Positions 52,680-63,089 of a stretch of DNA of 64,000 bases are shown one piece after another. Origin of the DNA: Planctomycetota bacterium (GTDB lineage: Bacteria > Planctomycetota > B15-G4 > JADJEK01); assembly GCA_044225365.1 (NCBI GenBank), contig JBGAIQ010000015.1, positions 37,346 through 101,345 on the forward strand, given 5' to 3'. A program made the position numbers and the translations under genes. A model generated the notes under the pieces. That model saw only the letters and a list, made by a program, of their open reading frames with translations, was not told the DNA's origin and did not search any database. How positions within the stretch are numbered: the first letter of the stretch is position 1; each line of letters begins with the position of its first letter.

Positions 52680-53555
52680 ATGAAATTGCGTGTGTCCTTG
52701 TCCGCCCGGAGTCTGCTCTGCGCGAGCTTCGCGTTCGCAGCGGGACTGACCTCCGGAGCCAATGCGCAGGTTGCGACCAGCGCGAACTACCAACTCGATG
52801 GCTACGGCTTCGCCAATACGGGCGGTGGCACGTGCGCACCGGGCGTAGTCGCGTACACGTCGCTGGGAGGGATCTCCGGAGGGTCGTTCGGTTCGCTGAA
52901 CTTCATCGCCGGCGACGGATTCCTCGAGCAGTTCGACCCCGATCTGCCGACTTCGCTCGTGGTCTTCGGCGTCACGCCGAACTACGGGCCGAAGGTCGGC
53001 GGAACGCAGGTCACGGTCTCGGGCTTCAATTTCGACAAGCTCGGTGCGGGTCCGTCGACCTTCGTGTCGGTGGGCGGCGTGCCGGCGACGGGAGTCACCG
53101 TCGTGTCGAATACGGAACTGAAGTTCACGACGCCGCCGGGCCTCGCGGGGCCGCGGCTGCTCGCGATCGCGAATACGTATGGAGCGGTGATCAAATCCGA
53201 CGGGTTCATCTACGCGCCGGCGGTGATCTCGTCGCCGACGGTGATGCTCGGCGGCAATCTCGACATCACGAACTACGGCAATCCCGGGGACACCTACACG
53301 ACGTTCGTCTCGACGTCGACGTGTGTGATTCCCGCCGCGCCGTACGGCACGCTGCTGATCGGGCCCTTCCCGTTCATCCAGCTCCTGCCGTTCCTCCCAT
53401 ACGGTGGCACGGGCGCATCGCTCGTGTCGTTGCCCGTGCCCGTGCTCCCGGCCTTGTCCGGCATCACGGTGCACTTCCAGTCGGTCTCGTTGTTCGCCTC
53501 CGGAGGCCCGCCGCCCGGCGCCCTCACGAACGCATCGACGACATCGATTCTCTGA
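52680..53555 (+). CDS. Secreted IPT/TIG-domain protein with a divergent version of the shared C-terminal domain
   Basis: Signal peptide (ANA-Q); VTPNYGPKVGGTQVTVSGFNF...VVSNTELKFTTP (IPT); C-terminus ...VHFQSV...ALTNASTTSIL. Confidence 0.8.
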   Translation: MKLRVSLSARSLLCASFAFAAGLTSGANAQVATSANYQLDGYGFANTGGGTCAPGVVAYTSLGGISGGSFGSLNFIAGDGFLEQFDPDLPTSLVVFGVTPNYGPKVGGTQVTVSGFNFDKLGAGPSTFVSVGGVPATGVTVVSNTELKFTTPPGLAGPRLLAIANTYGAVIKSDGFIYAPAVISSPTVMLGGNLDITNYGNPGDTYTTFVSTSTCVIPAAPYGTLLIGPFPFIQLLPFLPYGGTGASLVSLPVPVLPALSGITVHFQSVSLFASGGPPPGALTNASTTSIL

Positions 53556-53634
53556 AGCCGTAGTTCGGAAACTCAACCCAAATCAACAGGGCCTCGACGG
53601 ATGACCGATCGAGGACCTCGAAGGAATACGCAGT

Positions 53635-55431
53635 ATGAAGATCCTCAAGCATCTCGCGGGCGCTCTGCTCGCGGCATCCATGTTCGCTCCGGTCGTCAGC
53701 GCGGCGACGCCCGACCTCCTCTTCTTCCAGGCCCGCTTGAAGAACAGCGCGGGCGTACCGCTCAACGGCAACGGCATCTCGCTCAAGATCGCGATCTATG
53801 ACGCGGCGAGCGGGGGCAATTTGCTGTGGACCGAGACGCAGTCGGTCACGGCTCTGAGTGGTGTCGTCAACACGTTCCTGGGCTCGGTGACGCCGCTTCC
53901 CGGCAATCTCTTCGATGGTGGCGCGCGCTACCTCGGCATCACGGTCGGGGCAGATCCCGAGATGTCTCCCCGTCAACTGGTCGCGTCGGTGCCCTTCGCA
54001 CTGCGCGCAGGCGATGTGACCGGCGACATCCACCCGGCCAGCGTTTCGATCAACGGCTCGCTCGTGATCGATCAGTTCGGGAACTGGGTAGGTAGCCCGA
54101 CGGGTCTGCAGGGTCCGCAGGGCCCTGCCGGTCCCGCCGGTTCCACTGGCGCGCAAGGCGCGCAGGGCGATCCGGGTCCGGCGGGTCCAGCGGGTCCGCA
54201 GGGCGTGCAGGGCGATCCGGGTCCCGCCGGTCCGTCTGGCGCGCAGGGCGATCCAGGTCCCGCCGGTCCGCAGGGTGTGCAGGGCGATCCAGGTCCCGCC
54301 GGTCCGCAGGGTGTGCAGGGCGATCCGGGTCCCGCCGGTCCGCAGGGTGTGCAGGGCGATCCGGGTCCCGCCGGTCCCGCTGGCGCGCAGGGCGATCCGG
54401 GTCCCGCCGGTCCGCAGGGAGCGCAAGGCGACCCGGGTCCTGCGGGTGCTCAGGGCGCGCAGGGTCCCCAGGGAACCAATGGACCGAAGTTCGCCGACGA
54501 TGGTGCGACGAACTGGGGTTCCGATTCGGTCGGCGGCACGCAGAAGCTCGTCGCCATCGTGCAGCCCGTCGTCGGTACCACGATCGGCAGCGTGAAGGCG
54601 TACGGCGAGAGCAACGCGACGACCTACGACGCGTTCAAGGTCAACCTGACGACCGGCGCTTCGACCTCGCTCGGTTCGGCGAACGTCAACTCGACGATCA
54701 ACTTCACCGACTTCGCTCCGACGATCAACGAGTACGTCGTGTTGCGCTACAGCGCGACGTCGGCGGCCGAGACGATCTTCGGTGCGCACCTGAACGGCGG
54801 TGATGTCGCGGGTTCGGTGTTCTCGGAGCCGTTCGCGAACGCCGCCAACTGGACGTTCGTCGCCGGCGTCAACAACGGCACGGTCGGTTGGAATGTCGAC
54901 GCGAGCCCGGCGACGGTGCTCGGCGCCCCGACCTTCCAGTCGTCGCCGTTCAGCTTGAACTACAACAACGGCGTCGACTTCAACTCGGGCGCGAGTGTCA
55001 TCAACACGGGCGAAGCCCGATTGAACGCCGGCCTCGTCAATCTCACGGGTCTGACGAGTCCCTCGCTCACGTTCCTCTGCAACTATCAGACGGAATCGAC
55101 CCTCACGAGCTTCGACAAGCGCTTCGTCGAATTCTCGAACGACAACTTCACGACGACGCTGCTCTCCGCGCAGCTCGCCGCGTCGGGTCAGACGGGCGGC
55201 ATCAACGCGTGTAGCTCGACGATGGGCGTCTGGCACACGCACACGGTCCCGCTGACGACGAGCTGGGGTGCGATCCGCATTCGCTTCCGATTCGACACGG
55301 TTGACGGAACGATCAACACGGGCGCGGGCTGGTTCGTCGACGACATGGCGGTCACCGCCACGAACGTCACGACACCCGGCGCACCGGTCCAGCGCGTGAC
55401 ACCTGATCAGTTCACGTTGAACAACGACTGA
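53635..55431 (+). CDS. Secreted collagen-like fibre protein
   Basis: Signal peptide; N-terminal FQARL...LWTETQ...SVPFALRA domain; 43 uninterrupted Gly-X-Y triplets; C-terminal beta-sandwich ending GWFVDD. Confidence 0.88.
   Translation: MKILKHLAGALLAASMFAPVVSAATPDLLFFQARLKNSAGVPLNGNGISLKIAIYDAASGGNLLWTETQSVTALSGVVNTFLGSVTPLPGNLFDGGARYLGITVGADPEMSPRQLVASVPFALRAGDVTGDIHPASVSINGSLVIDQFGNWVGSPTGLQGPQGPAGPAGSTGAQGAQGDPGPAGPAGPQGVQGDPGPAGPSGAQGDPGPAGPQGVQGDPGPAGPQGVQGDPGPAGPQGVQGDPGPAGPAGAQGDPGPAGPQGAQGDPGPAGAQGAQGPQGTNGPKFADDGATNWGSDSVGGTQKLVAIVQPVVGTTIGSVKAYGESNATTYDAFKVNLTTGASTSLGSANVNSTINFTDFAPTINEYVVLRYSATSAAETIFGAHLNGGDVAGSVFSEPFANAANWTFVAGVNNGTVGWNVDASPATVLGAPTFQSSPFSLNYNNGVDFNSGASVINTGEARLNAGLVNLTGLTSPSLTFLCNYQTESTLTSFDKRFVEFSNDNFTTTLLSAQLAASGQTGGINACSSTMGVWHTHTVPLTTSWGAIRIRFRFDTVDGTINTGAGWFVDDMAVTATNVTTPGAPVQRVTPDQFTLNND
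54103..54489 (+). repeat. Collagen-coding tandem repeat (core 36-bp unit encoding [12 protein letters not shown])
   Basis: Repeated GGCGATCCGGGTCCCGCCGGTCCGCAGGGTGTGCAG units. Confidence 0.9.
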
Positions 55432-55450
55432 CGAAATCACGATCGCGACG

Positions 55451-55483
55451 CGGCGTGTCCCACCCTTGCAGTGGGGCACGCCG
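55451..55483. terminator. Hairpin, probable terminator between the convergent collagen-like and rlmD genes
   Basis: CGGCGTGTCCCAC-CCTTGCA-GTGGGGCACGCCG followed by TTT. Confidence 0.6.
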
Positions 55484-55516
55484 TTTCGCTTGCACTCCGT
55501 GTGCTGTCCGTCGCGA

Positions 55517-56911
55517 TCAAACGCGCTTCAGGGCAACGACGCACTCGACGTGTCGAGTCTGGGGAAACAGATCGATCGGCTGCACGGTCGTGATGGCGTA
55601 GGCGTCGCGAAAGGCCTGAAGGTCCTTTCCCAGCGTCTTCGGATTGCAGCTCACGTACACGACGCGTTCGGCGCGAAGGTCGACGATCGAACGCAGCGCT
55701 TTGGGATGGACTCCGGCGCGCGGCGGATCGAGCACGATCACGTCCGGCGATCCCTCCTTTTCCACGACGCGCGGCAATACCTCGAGGAGATCGCCTGCCA
55801 CGAACTCGGCGTTCGCAACGCCATTGCGGGCTGCGTTCCTTCGCGCGTTCTCCACAGCGCCTTCGTGGATCTCGATCCCGATCACTCTCGACACGAACCG
55901 CGCGAGCGACAGCGAGATCGTGCCGACGCCGCAGAAGAGATCGAACACACGGTCCGTGCGCCCTGCTCCCGCGAGATCGCGAACGATCGAATAGAGTCGC
56001 TCGGCCTGTTCGGTGTTGGTCTGGAAGAACGATTGGGGGCCGATCTCGAAGACGAGTTCGTCGATGTGATCATGGACCACTCCCGCTCCGAAGACGACGT
56101 GGACCTCGTCGCCGTAGGCCACTTGGGCGAGGCCGGAGTTGATCGTGTTGACGAAGGTGGCGACCTCGGGGAATTCCGCTCGCAGCATCGCGGCGATAGG
56201 CACGAGCGCGGCCTCGTCATGACGCGACGTGACGAGGTTCACCATCCACTCGCGCGAATCGCCGCCTTCTCGCGTCAGGCCACGACGCGGTGCGCGAATG
56301 CCGAGATGGCGGAGGAAGCCCGTGTACTTGCGAGCATTCCATGCGGACAATCCGAGTTCCCGCGCGATCTCGCGAATGCGATTCACGAGCGCTGCGCTGC
56401 GTGACGATTGCAGATGGCATTCCTTCAGGTCGAGCACGCGATCGAATCGGCCGGGCGCGAAGAGGCCGAGCGCGAACCCCCGATCGAATTCCTCGCCGCT
56501 CGCGACTTCGGCGTCGGTGAGCCAGCGCGCCGTTCCGAAGCTGAATTCCATCTTGTTGCGGTACTCGTACTCGCGCGAGCACCCGATCGTGGGTTCGACG
56601 GCGAGCGAGTCGAGCGCGTCGGAGACGATGCAGCGCTTCCAGTCGAGCTGTGCGGCGTAGGTGAGCATCTGCCAGTCGCACCCACCGCACGCGCCGAAAT
56701 ACGAACAGCGGGGGACGACGCGATCCTTCGACGGCTCGACGACCGAGAGCAACTTCGCGACGAAAGCGCCCTTGTCGCGCCCGACGATACGCGCTCGTAC
56801 CCTCTCGCCGGGCAGCGCGCCGTCGACGTGGACTCGCCGACTACCGACGAACGCCGACGCGTCGGCGCCGTCGCGTTCGATCGAGAGTTCGAGTTCGTCG
56901 CCGGGCTTCAA
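55517..56911 (-). CDS. rlmD: 23S rRNA m5U1939 methyltransferase
   Basis: TRAM domain, CSYFGACGGC, YRNKMEFSF, SFFQTN, DLFCGVG, LDPPRAG, YVSCNP, DLFPQTRHVE. Confidence 0.95.
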   Translation of the reverse strand: MKPGDELELSIERDGADASAFVGSRRVHVDGALPGERVRARIVGRDKGAFVAKLLSVVEPSKDRVVPRCSYFGACGGCDWQMLTYAAQLDWKRCIVSDALDSLAVEPTIGCSREYEYRNKMEFSFGTARWLTDAEVASGEEFDRGFALGLFAPGRFDRVLDLKECHLQSSRSAALVNRIREIARELGLSAWNARKYTGFLRHLGIRAPRRGLTREGGDSREWMVNLVTSRHDEAALVPIAAMLRAEFPEVATFVNTINSGLAQVAYGDEVHVVFGAGVVHDHIDELVFEIGPQSFFQTNTEQAERLYSIVRDLAGAGRTDRVFDLFCGVGTISLSLARFVSRVIGIEIHEGAVENARRNAARNGVANAEFVAGDLLEVLPRVVEKEGSPDVIVLDPPRAGVHPKALRSIVDLRAERVVYVSCNPKTLGKDLQAFRDAYAITTVQPIDLFPQTRHVECVVALKRV

Positions 56912-56948
56912 GGGCGGGCTCGTAGCGCGAGGGATCGGCCTGCCAACT

Positions 56949-57950
56949 TCACGGCCCTGCGCTGATCGCGAGCATGCGTTCGAGCGGAACGAGGGCGCGG
57001 CGCCGCAGGTCTTCTGGCATCTCGAGGCGCGGCTTCAGGTCGCGCAGGCAGAGATACAGTTTCGCGAGCGTGTTCTTCTTCATGTGCGGGCACTCGTTGC
57101 ACCGGCAGCCCTTCTCGCCTTCGAAAGGGACGGGGATCAGCTCCTTGCCGGGAGCGGCCTTCTTCATCGCGTGAAGGATGCCCGTTTCGGTGCCGACGAT
57201 GATGCGCTGCGACTTCGAGCGACTTTCGACGTACTTGAGGAGCGCGGTGGTCGAGCCCACGAAGTCGGCGTGACGCAGGACGCCGGGCTCGGCTTCGGGA
57301 TGGCAGATGAACTCAGCGTCGGGGTGCTGCGCCTTGAGATCGAGGATCTTCCGCTCGGAGAAGGTCTCGTGGACGATGCAGGTTCCCTGCCAGAGTTTCA
57401 TCTCGCGACCCGTCTTCGAGATCAGCCAGCGCCCGAGATTGCGGTCGGGCACGAAGAGCAGCTTCTGCTCCTTGCGAAACGAATTCACGACGGCGAGCGC
57501 ATTGCTCGAGGTGCAGATGCAGTCGGCGAGCGCCTTCACTCCCGCCGAGCAGTTGATGTAGGCGATGACCGCGTGATCGGGATGCTGCCGCTTCCACTCC
57601 GCGAGTGCGTCGGGCGGACAGGAGTCGGCGAGCGAGCAGCCGGCGTCGAGATCGGGCAATACGACCGTGCGTTCCGGATTCACGATCTTCGCCGTCTCGG
57701 CCATGAAGTGGACGCCGCAGAAGGCGATCACGTCGGCCTGCGTCTTCTTCGCGGCCTGCGCGAGCGCGAGCGAATCGCCGAGGAAGTCCGCGAGATCCTG
57801 GATCTCGGAATCCTGATAGTAGTGGGCGAGGATCACGGCGTTGCGCTCTTTGCGCAGGCGCTGGATCTCCGCGACGAGAGCCGCGCCCTTCGGAATCGGT
57901 CCCATCGGGCTCGTGGTCGACGGAGCAGTAGCGTTCGTGGCCGTTGTCAT
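56949..57950 (-). CDS. nadA: Quinolinate synthase
   Basis: [40 protein letters not shown]. Confidence 0.96.
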   Translation of the reverse strand: MTTATNATAPSTTSPMGPIPKGAALVAEIQRLRKERNAVILAHYYQDSEIQDLADFLGDSLALAQAAKKTQADVIAFCGVHFMAETAKIVNPERTVVLPDLDAGCSLADSCPPDALAEWKRQHPDHAVIAYINCSAGVKALADCICTSSNALAVVNSFRKEQKLLFVPDRNLGRWLISKTGREMKLWQGTCIVHETFSERKILDLKAQHPDAEFICHPEAEPGVLRHADFVGSTTALLKYVESRSKSQRIIVGTETGILHAMKKAAPGKELIPVPFEGEKGCRCNECPHMKKNTLAKLYLCLRDLKPRLEMPEDLRRRALVPLERMLAISAGP

Positions 57951-58128
57951 CGAATCGTCCGCGATGATTCCTGGTCGTTCGAGGATACGGGATCTCTTCG
58001 CGATTCGTACGCTTGCACCCTCACCAAAAGTTCGCGGAGCGGCGACGTGACCTTCATGCGATTCACGATCGACGTCCCCACGATTCCGCGTTCGTCCTCT
58101 TCCTTCCACAGTTCTCTGGGGTCCTGTC

Positions 58129-58941
58129 ATGCGCATCGGCCGTCTCTCCATCCTCGTCGCATCGATCGCCGCGTCGTCGCTCGCGCTTCCCGCCTTCGGG
58201 TGGGGCGAGAAGGGGCACCGAATCACGGGCGAACTCGCATGGATGCTCCTCAAGAAGGAGACTCGCGCGAAGCTCGAACGCCTGTTGCCCGACGAGAAGA
58301 TCTCCGATGTCGCGAACTGGGCCGATCAGGTCCGCGATGAGCGCCCCGAGACCAAGCCCTGGCATTACGTCAACGTTCCCGAGGGCGCGAAGGGCTACGA
58401 CGCGAGCCGAGACTGCGCGGGCGGGAAGTGCATCGTCGCAAAGCTCGACGAGATGCAGAAGAAGTTCGCCGATCCGAAGACGCCGAAGGCCGAGCGCATC
58501 GAAGCGCTGAAGTGGGTGGTGCATTTCGTCGGCGATCTCCACCAACCACTGCACGTGTCGCACGAATCCGATCAGGGCGGCAACAGCATCCAGGTCACGT
58601 TCTTCGGCCGTCCGACGAATCTGCATCGGCTGTGGGACTCCGACATGATCGAGCGCTTCGATGAGGACAGTCGCACGTTCGCGGACGACCTGATGCGGGA
58701 GATCAAGAAGGAAGAGGCCGATGCGTGGCGGTCGGGGACACCTGCGGAATGGGCGAATGAATCGTGGGCGCTCGCGACGACGATCGGCTACCTCGACACG
58801 CGCGGCAAGAAGATCGAGAACGGGGACAAGCTCGGACGTGACTACTGGATCGCGCGCTCCGCCATCATCGATCAACAGTTGAAGAAGGCGGGTGTTCGCC
58901 TCGCGTGGCTCATCGAGCAGGGACTCGCGAACGATCCCTGA
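58129..58941 (+). CDS. Secreted S1/P1 nuclease
   Basis: Signal peptide then [38 protein letters not shown]. Confidence 0.94.
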   Translation: MRIGRLSILVASIAASSLALPAFGWGEKGHRITGELAWMLLKKETRAKLERLLPDEKISDVANWADQVRDERPETKPWHYVNVPEGAKGYDASRDCAGGKCIVAKLDEMQKKFADPKTPKAERIEALKWVVHFVGDLHQPLHVSHESDQGGNSIQVTFFGRPTNLHRLWDSDMIERFDEDSRTFADDLMREIKKEEADAWRSGTPAEWANESWALATTIGYLDTRGKKIENGDKLGRDYWIARSAIIDQQLKKAGVRLAWLIEQGLANDP

Positions 58942-58990
58942 CGGAGCTGCGAGAACGACCACGAGACGACGCATGTTACGATCGGGCGCC

Positions 58991-60235
58991 ATGGATCCTG
59001 CAGAGCGCACGGAGTCGAACGGCGTCACGAAGGCGATCGAATCGCGGGCGACGGGTCGTGTCCTGAAAGCGCGCGCGCAGCATCGACTCGCGGCCTCCAC
59101 GCACCCTCACGATGCGCTCGAGGGGCTGCTCGGCACCTTGCGGATCGCTACGGCTCGCGACGCCGTTCGTGCGCTCGGTCTCGATGTGGGCTTTCGACTC
59201 GAGGACGCGGTCGTCGTGCGTGCGGAGATCCCGCGTTCGATCGGAGTCGATTTCGCGCGTCGCTGGCTGCGTCGTCGCATCCCCGCGGCGGCACATCTTG
59301 GGATCGAAGAGCGTACCGACGCCGATGCCGTGCTGGAGATGGAGATCGCGGAGCGACACGGTTGGTCGCCGCGAGCGACTCGCTACGCGGTGGGGGACGA
59401 CGGCCGCGTCGCCGTCGAGGCCTTCGAGCTGCACGTCGTCGAGCACTGCAACCTGCGTTGCGCGCACTGCTGCAACATGTCGCCCTTCCTCGATGCGCAC
59501 GTCTTGCCGGTCGAGGAGATCGCGCAGCAATGCCGAACGATGGCGTCCGCGCTCGCGGTGGACGTCTTCAAGATCATGGGCGGTGAGCCGCTCCTGCATC
59601 CTCGCATCGCGGAAGTGATCGTCGCGATCCGTGAGAGTCGGATCAGCGATGTCGTCCGTTTGTTCACCAACGGACTCCTGCTCCATCGCATGAGCGACGA
59701 GTTCTGGTCCGCACTCGATCAAATGACGATCTCCAACTACTCGAGCGCACCGACTCCGCGACGAAACCTCGAACTCGCGCGCGAAAAGGCGAAGAAGCAC
59801 GACTTCGTGCTCAATGTGAAGGACGTCGTCGAATTCAGCGAAGTGCTCTCTCCGAAGCTGCGATCGGATGCGGCCGAGACTCGTCGCACGTTCGAGAACT
59901 GCTGGCTGCGCCATCGGTGCCTCGTGGTCCGCAACGGTGTCTTCTACACCTGCACCCGCGCCGCCTATGCCGGCGAGTTCGTGAAGCGAATTCGTGTCGA
60001 TGCGCCGCCGAGCGATTTCTTCGAGCGACTCGAAGGCGACGGCGTATCGCTCGCAGGCCCCGATCTGAAGGGACGAATGCTCGCGTACCTGAACCGCGAG
60101 GAGCCGCTGGAGTCTTGCCGCTATTGCTTCGGCGGCGATGGTCCCATCTCGTCGCACGAGCAACTCGCCGCCGTGGACATTGCGAGCGGACGCACACGAA
60201 GTTCGCGAAGCCGCCATCGAGTCGAGCCGACATGA
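58991..60235 (+). CDS. Radical SAM enzyme with N-terminal extension and C-terminal Cys motifs (SPASM/twitch-like)
   Basis: HCNLRCAHCC, MGGEPLLHP, FTNG, C-terminal CW...C...C and CRYC. Start uncertain. Confidence 0.85.
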   Translation: MDPAERTESNGVTKAIESRATGRVLKARAQHRLAASTHPHDALEGLLGTLRIATARDAVRALGLDVGFRLEDAVVVRAEIPRSIGVDFARRWLRRRIPAAAHLGIEERTDADAVLEMEIAERHGWSPRATRYAVGDDGRVAVEAFELHVVEHCNLRCAHCCNMSPFLDAHVLPVEEIAQQCRTMASALAVDVFKIMGGEPLLHPRIAEVIVAIRESRISDVVRLFTNGLLLHRMSDEFWSALDQMTISNYSSAPTPRRNLELAREKAKKHDFVLNVKDVVEFSEVLSPKLRSDAAETRRTFENCWLRHRCLVVRNGVFYTCTRAAYAGEFVKRIRVDAPPSDFFERLEGDGVSLAGPDLKGRMLAYLNREEPLESCRYCFGGDGPISSHEQLAAVDIASGRTRSSRSRHRVEPT

Positions 60236-61311
60236 TGCGCGCCCATCGCTCGCTCGCGAGTCAAGGCCCCGCGCTGCGCGACGAGTTTGGATACCTGCCT
60301 CGCTACGTCCGAACGGCCGATGGAGTGGAGAGCGATTCGATCTTCGCCCTCCTGACCCGCGAGAATGGCGACGAAGGCGACGATGCTCTGGAGTGGGACC
60401 GCGAGGGGACACTCTCGGCGTTGGGCATCGGCCCCTGGAGTCCTCGCACGTGCTTTCTCGGGGTCGCGATCGCCTCTTCGCCCAGAGGTGCCGCATCCGT
60501 AGAGCACGTGCGCACACCGCACGGCGCGGAGACGCGAGCGATCCAGGACGCGCTGCTCCGAGTGGTCGCGCGCGATCCGGACGCGCCGATCGCGATGTCG
60601 GGCGGACTCGACTCCGCACTGCTCCTCGCGGCGGCTCGCGCGTGCGGTGGCCGACCGTCGCTCTTCACGCTGCGCGTCCGATTCCCATCGGTGATTGACG
60701 CCTCGAACTACGATGAGAGCGAGCGAGCAGCGGCCACCGCTGCGGCGCTCGGTTCTCGCGTGACGTTCATCGATGCGAGCGAGGACGACTTCGTCGCAAT
60801 GCTCCCGCGCGCGATCGAGCGATTCGAGACGCCCTTGTTCAATCTCCATCCCGTCGGGCGTGTCTTGCTCGCCGACGCGCTGGGCGGCTTGGGTGTCGAT
60901 CGAATCGTCACGGGCGATGGCGCCGATCAGGTCTTCGCGGGGCGATCCGCGCACTTATGGTTCCCGCTCGCGCAATGCGCGTTCGCCGGAGGAGGAGTTC
61001 GTCCGATCGCGCCTTTTCTTCATGCCGACCTCGTCCGTGCGACGAGCCCGTCCGCCATCGATCCGGACAAGAGCGTGCTACGAAGCATCGCGCGAGATCT
61101 CGGCGTACCGGAGTGGGTCGCGGAGGCGAAGAAGGTCGCGCGGTACGCGCCGGCCCTCGATCTCTCCCGCTACGCGAACGAGCGACCAGCGACCGAGTGG
61201 GCGAGTCGCCTCGACGTGGCGTTCGATCGCAACGATCCGCGAGATATTTGCCGCCTGACGACGCTGGCGCTGCTCGAGACGGCGGCTCGTGCTTCGATGG
61301 CGAGGAGTTGA
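60232..61311 (+). CDS. Short asparagine synthetase-like ATP pyrophosphatase domain protein
   Basis: MSGGLDS PP-loop, TGDGADQVF, APF, KSVLR; no N-terminal MCGI glutaminase; ATGA overlap. Confidence 0.75.
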   Translation: MMRAHRSLASQGPALRDEFGYLPRYVRTADGVESDSIFALLTRENGDEGDDALEWDREGTLSALGIGPWSPRTCFLGVAIASSPRGAASVEHVRTPHGAETRAIQDALLRVVARDPDAPIAMSGGLDSALLLAAARACGGRPSLFTLRVRFPSVIDASNYDESERAAATAAALGSRVTFIDASEDDFVAMLPRAIERFETPLFNLHPVGRVLLADALGGLGVDRIVTGDGADQVFAGRSAHLWFPLAQCAFAGGGVRPIAPFLHADLVRATSPSAIDPDKSVLRSIARDLGVPEWVAEAKKVARYAPALDLSRYANERPATEWASRLDVAFDRNDPRDICRLTTLALLETAARASMARS

Positions 61312-61322
61312 CGCAACTCGTC

Positions 61323-63089
61323 ATGTGCGGCATCGCGGGAGTCGTATCGTTCGTCGCTCCGGGGGAAGTGCTCGCGACCACTGCGCTCCGCATTCGCGAT
61401 CGATTGCGCCACCGCGGTCCCGACGGACAGGGTCTGAAGACGTGCTCTCACGCCGCGCTCGGTCACGTGCGACTCGCTCTGCTCGATGCGGCCGGCGGCG
61501 CGCAGCCGATGACGAGTTTCGACGGACGCTGGACGCTCGTGTTCAACGGGGAGATCCACGACCACCTCTCGCTGCGCGCGCAGCTCGACTACCCGTTCAC
61601 GACGCGCTCCGACACCGAGACCGTTCTCGCCGCGGTCGCGAAGTGGGGCGAGGGCGCAGCGAGTCGCCTGTCCGGGATGTTCGCGTTCTTCGCTTGGGAC
61701 GAAGTGGAGCAGCGCGGAATCGCCGCTCGCGATCGGCTTGGGGTGAAGCCGTTGTTCCACGAGCGCCGGGGCGACGAGTTTCGGTTCGCCTCCGAGCCTT
61801 CGGCACTGATCCCTCTCGACGGCGTCCGTGCGAATCGCGATGCGATCCTCGAGGTGCTCACGGCACCGTGCTTCTCCGGCGTCGAGCGATGCGCGTTCGA
61901 CGGAATCGACTCGTTGCCGCCGGGGTCGATCCTCGTGATCGATCGGGATGGTGTTCGCGTGCGGCGCTACTTCGAGTGGCCGATGCACTCGCCGCTCGAC
62001 GGGGACGATCGATCGCTCGCGCGAGAGCTGCGAGCAAGCTTCGAGTCGGCGGTGGAAGCAACGCTCGAGGCCGACGTCGACGTTGCGGCCATGCTCTCGG
62101 GCGGCCTCGATTCGACGGCGATCTGTTCGCTCGCCGCCCGCAGACGCCGGGCGCGCGGCCGGCGTCTCGAGACGTTCACGATCCGCTACGCGGGTCAAGC
62201 GGACTTCGAATACGCGCGTTCGCGCATCGTGGTCTCGGACGATCTGCCGTACGCGCGTCTCGCCGCCACCGAACTCGACGTCGATCTCGAAGAAGTGATC
62301 GTGCCGCGAGGAGATCTCGCGGCGGATCTTCGAGCGATCGCTCGCATCGACGCGCAGATCCCGGCGTGGGAGCAGCAACGTTCGCAGCATCACCTGGCGC
62401 GCGCAATCGCGCGATCGCACAAAGCGGTGTTGGTCGGGGACGCCGCCGACGAGACACACTACGGTTATCACTTCCTACTCGATCCAGAAGTCGTCGAAGA
62501 CCCTCTCGCGATCGTGCGCCGTTTCGCTCCGATCCCGATCCGCCGCGAGGTCGAGCCGCGACCGGTCGAGCGCTTCGCCTCGCACTATCGCGAACTCGTC
62601 GCAGCAGCGGGCGGCTCGTTCGGCTCCCAGCGCGACGCGCTCGCCGCGACGACGTGGCTCATCGTGAATCGTTGGTTGCCGCGGCTCCTGTGGAACGGAG
62701 ACGTCCACACGATGGCGTTCGGCCTCGAAGCGCGAGTCCCCTTCGCCGATTCGCGAGTGCTCGATCTCGCGATGCGGGTTCCGCCGCAGCTCGCCTTCGC
62801 GCACGGCGTCGAGAAGCAGGTCCTGCGTGCCGCCGTAGCCGATCTCCTCCCGAACGTGATCGCTTCGCGTCGGAAGTCGGCATTGCCGAAGGACCAGGCG
62901 AGCACGGAAGTCCTGCGTCAGGAGTGGTCTCGCGTGGTCGCGGACCCGCACCCATGCGTCGCGGAGATCGTCGACCTGCCGAGCCTCGGGTCCACTCTTG
63001 CGGCCGTGGAGTGGAGCGAGGATGATCGTTCGCGGGCGTTTCGAGTGATCGCCTTCGACCATTGGGCGAGCGAGTACGACGTGAAGTGA
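61323..63089 (+). CDS. asnB: Asparagine synthase (glutamine-hydrolysing)-like amidotransferase
   Basis: MCGI, HRGPD, FNGEI, SDTE, RDRLGVKP, LSGGLDS, GDAADE, EARVPF. Confidence 0.88.
   Translation: MCGIAGVVSFVAPGEVLATTALRIRDRLRHRGPDGQGLKTCSHAALGHVRLALLDAAGGAQPMTSFDGRWTLVFNGEIHDHLSLRAQLDYPFTTRSDTETVLAAVAKWGEGAASRLSGMFAFFAWDEVEQRGIAARDRLGVKPLFHERRGDEFRFASEPSALIPLDGVRANRDAILEVLTAPCFSGVERCAFDGIDSLPPGSILVIDRDGVRVRRYFEWPMHSPLDGDDRSLARELRASFESAVEATLEADVDVAAMLSGGLDSTAICSLAARRRRARGRRLETFTIRYAGQADFEYARSRIVVSDDLPYARLAATELDVDLEEVIVPRGDLAADLRAIARIDAQIPAWEQQRSQHHLARAIARSHKAVLVGDAADETHYGYHFLLDPEVVEDPLAIVRRFAPIPIRREVEPRPVERFASHYRELVAAAGGSFGSQRDALAATTWLIVNRWLPRLLWNGDVHTMAFGLEARVPFADSRVLDLAMRVPPQLAFAHGVEKQVLRAAVADLLPNVIASRRKSALPKDQASTEVLRQEWSRVVADPHPCVAEIVDLPSLGSTLAAVEWSEDDRSRAFRVIAFDHWASEYDVK

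Noticed and set aside
60232-61311. Lasso peptide cluster
   Set aside because: No precursor, B1/RRE or B2 protease gene is visible in the window. Only the general biosynthetic operon is reported.
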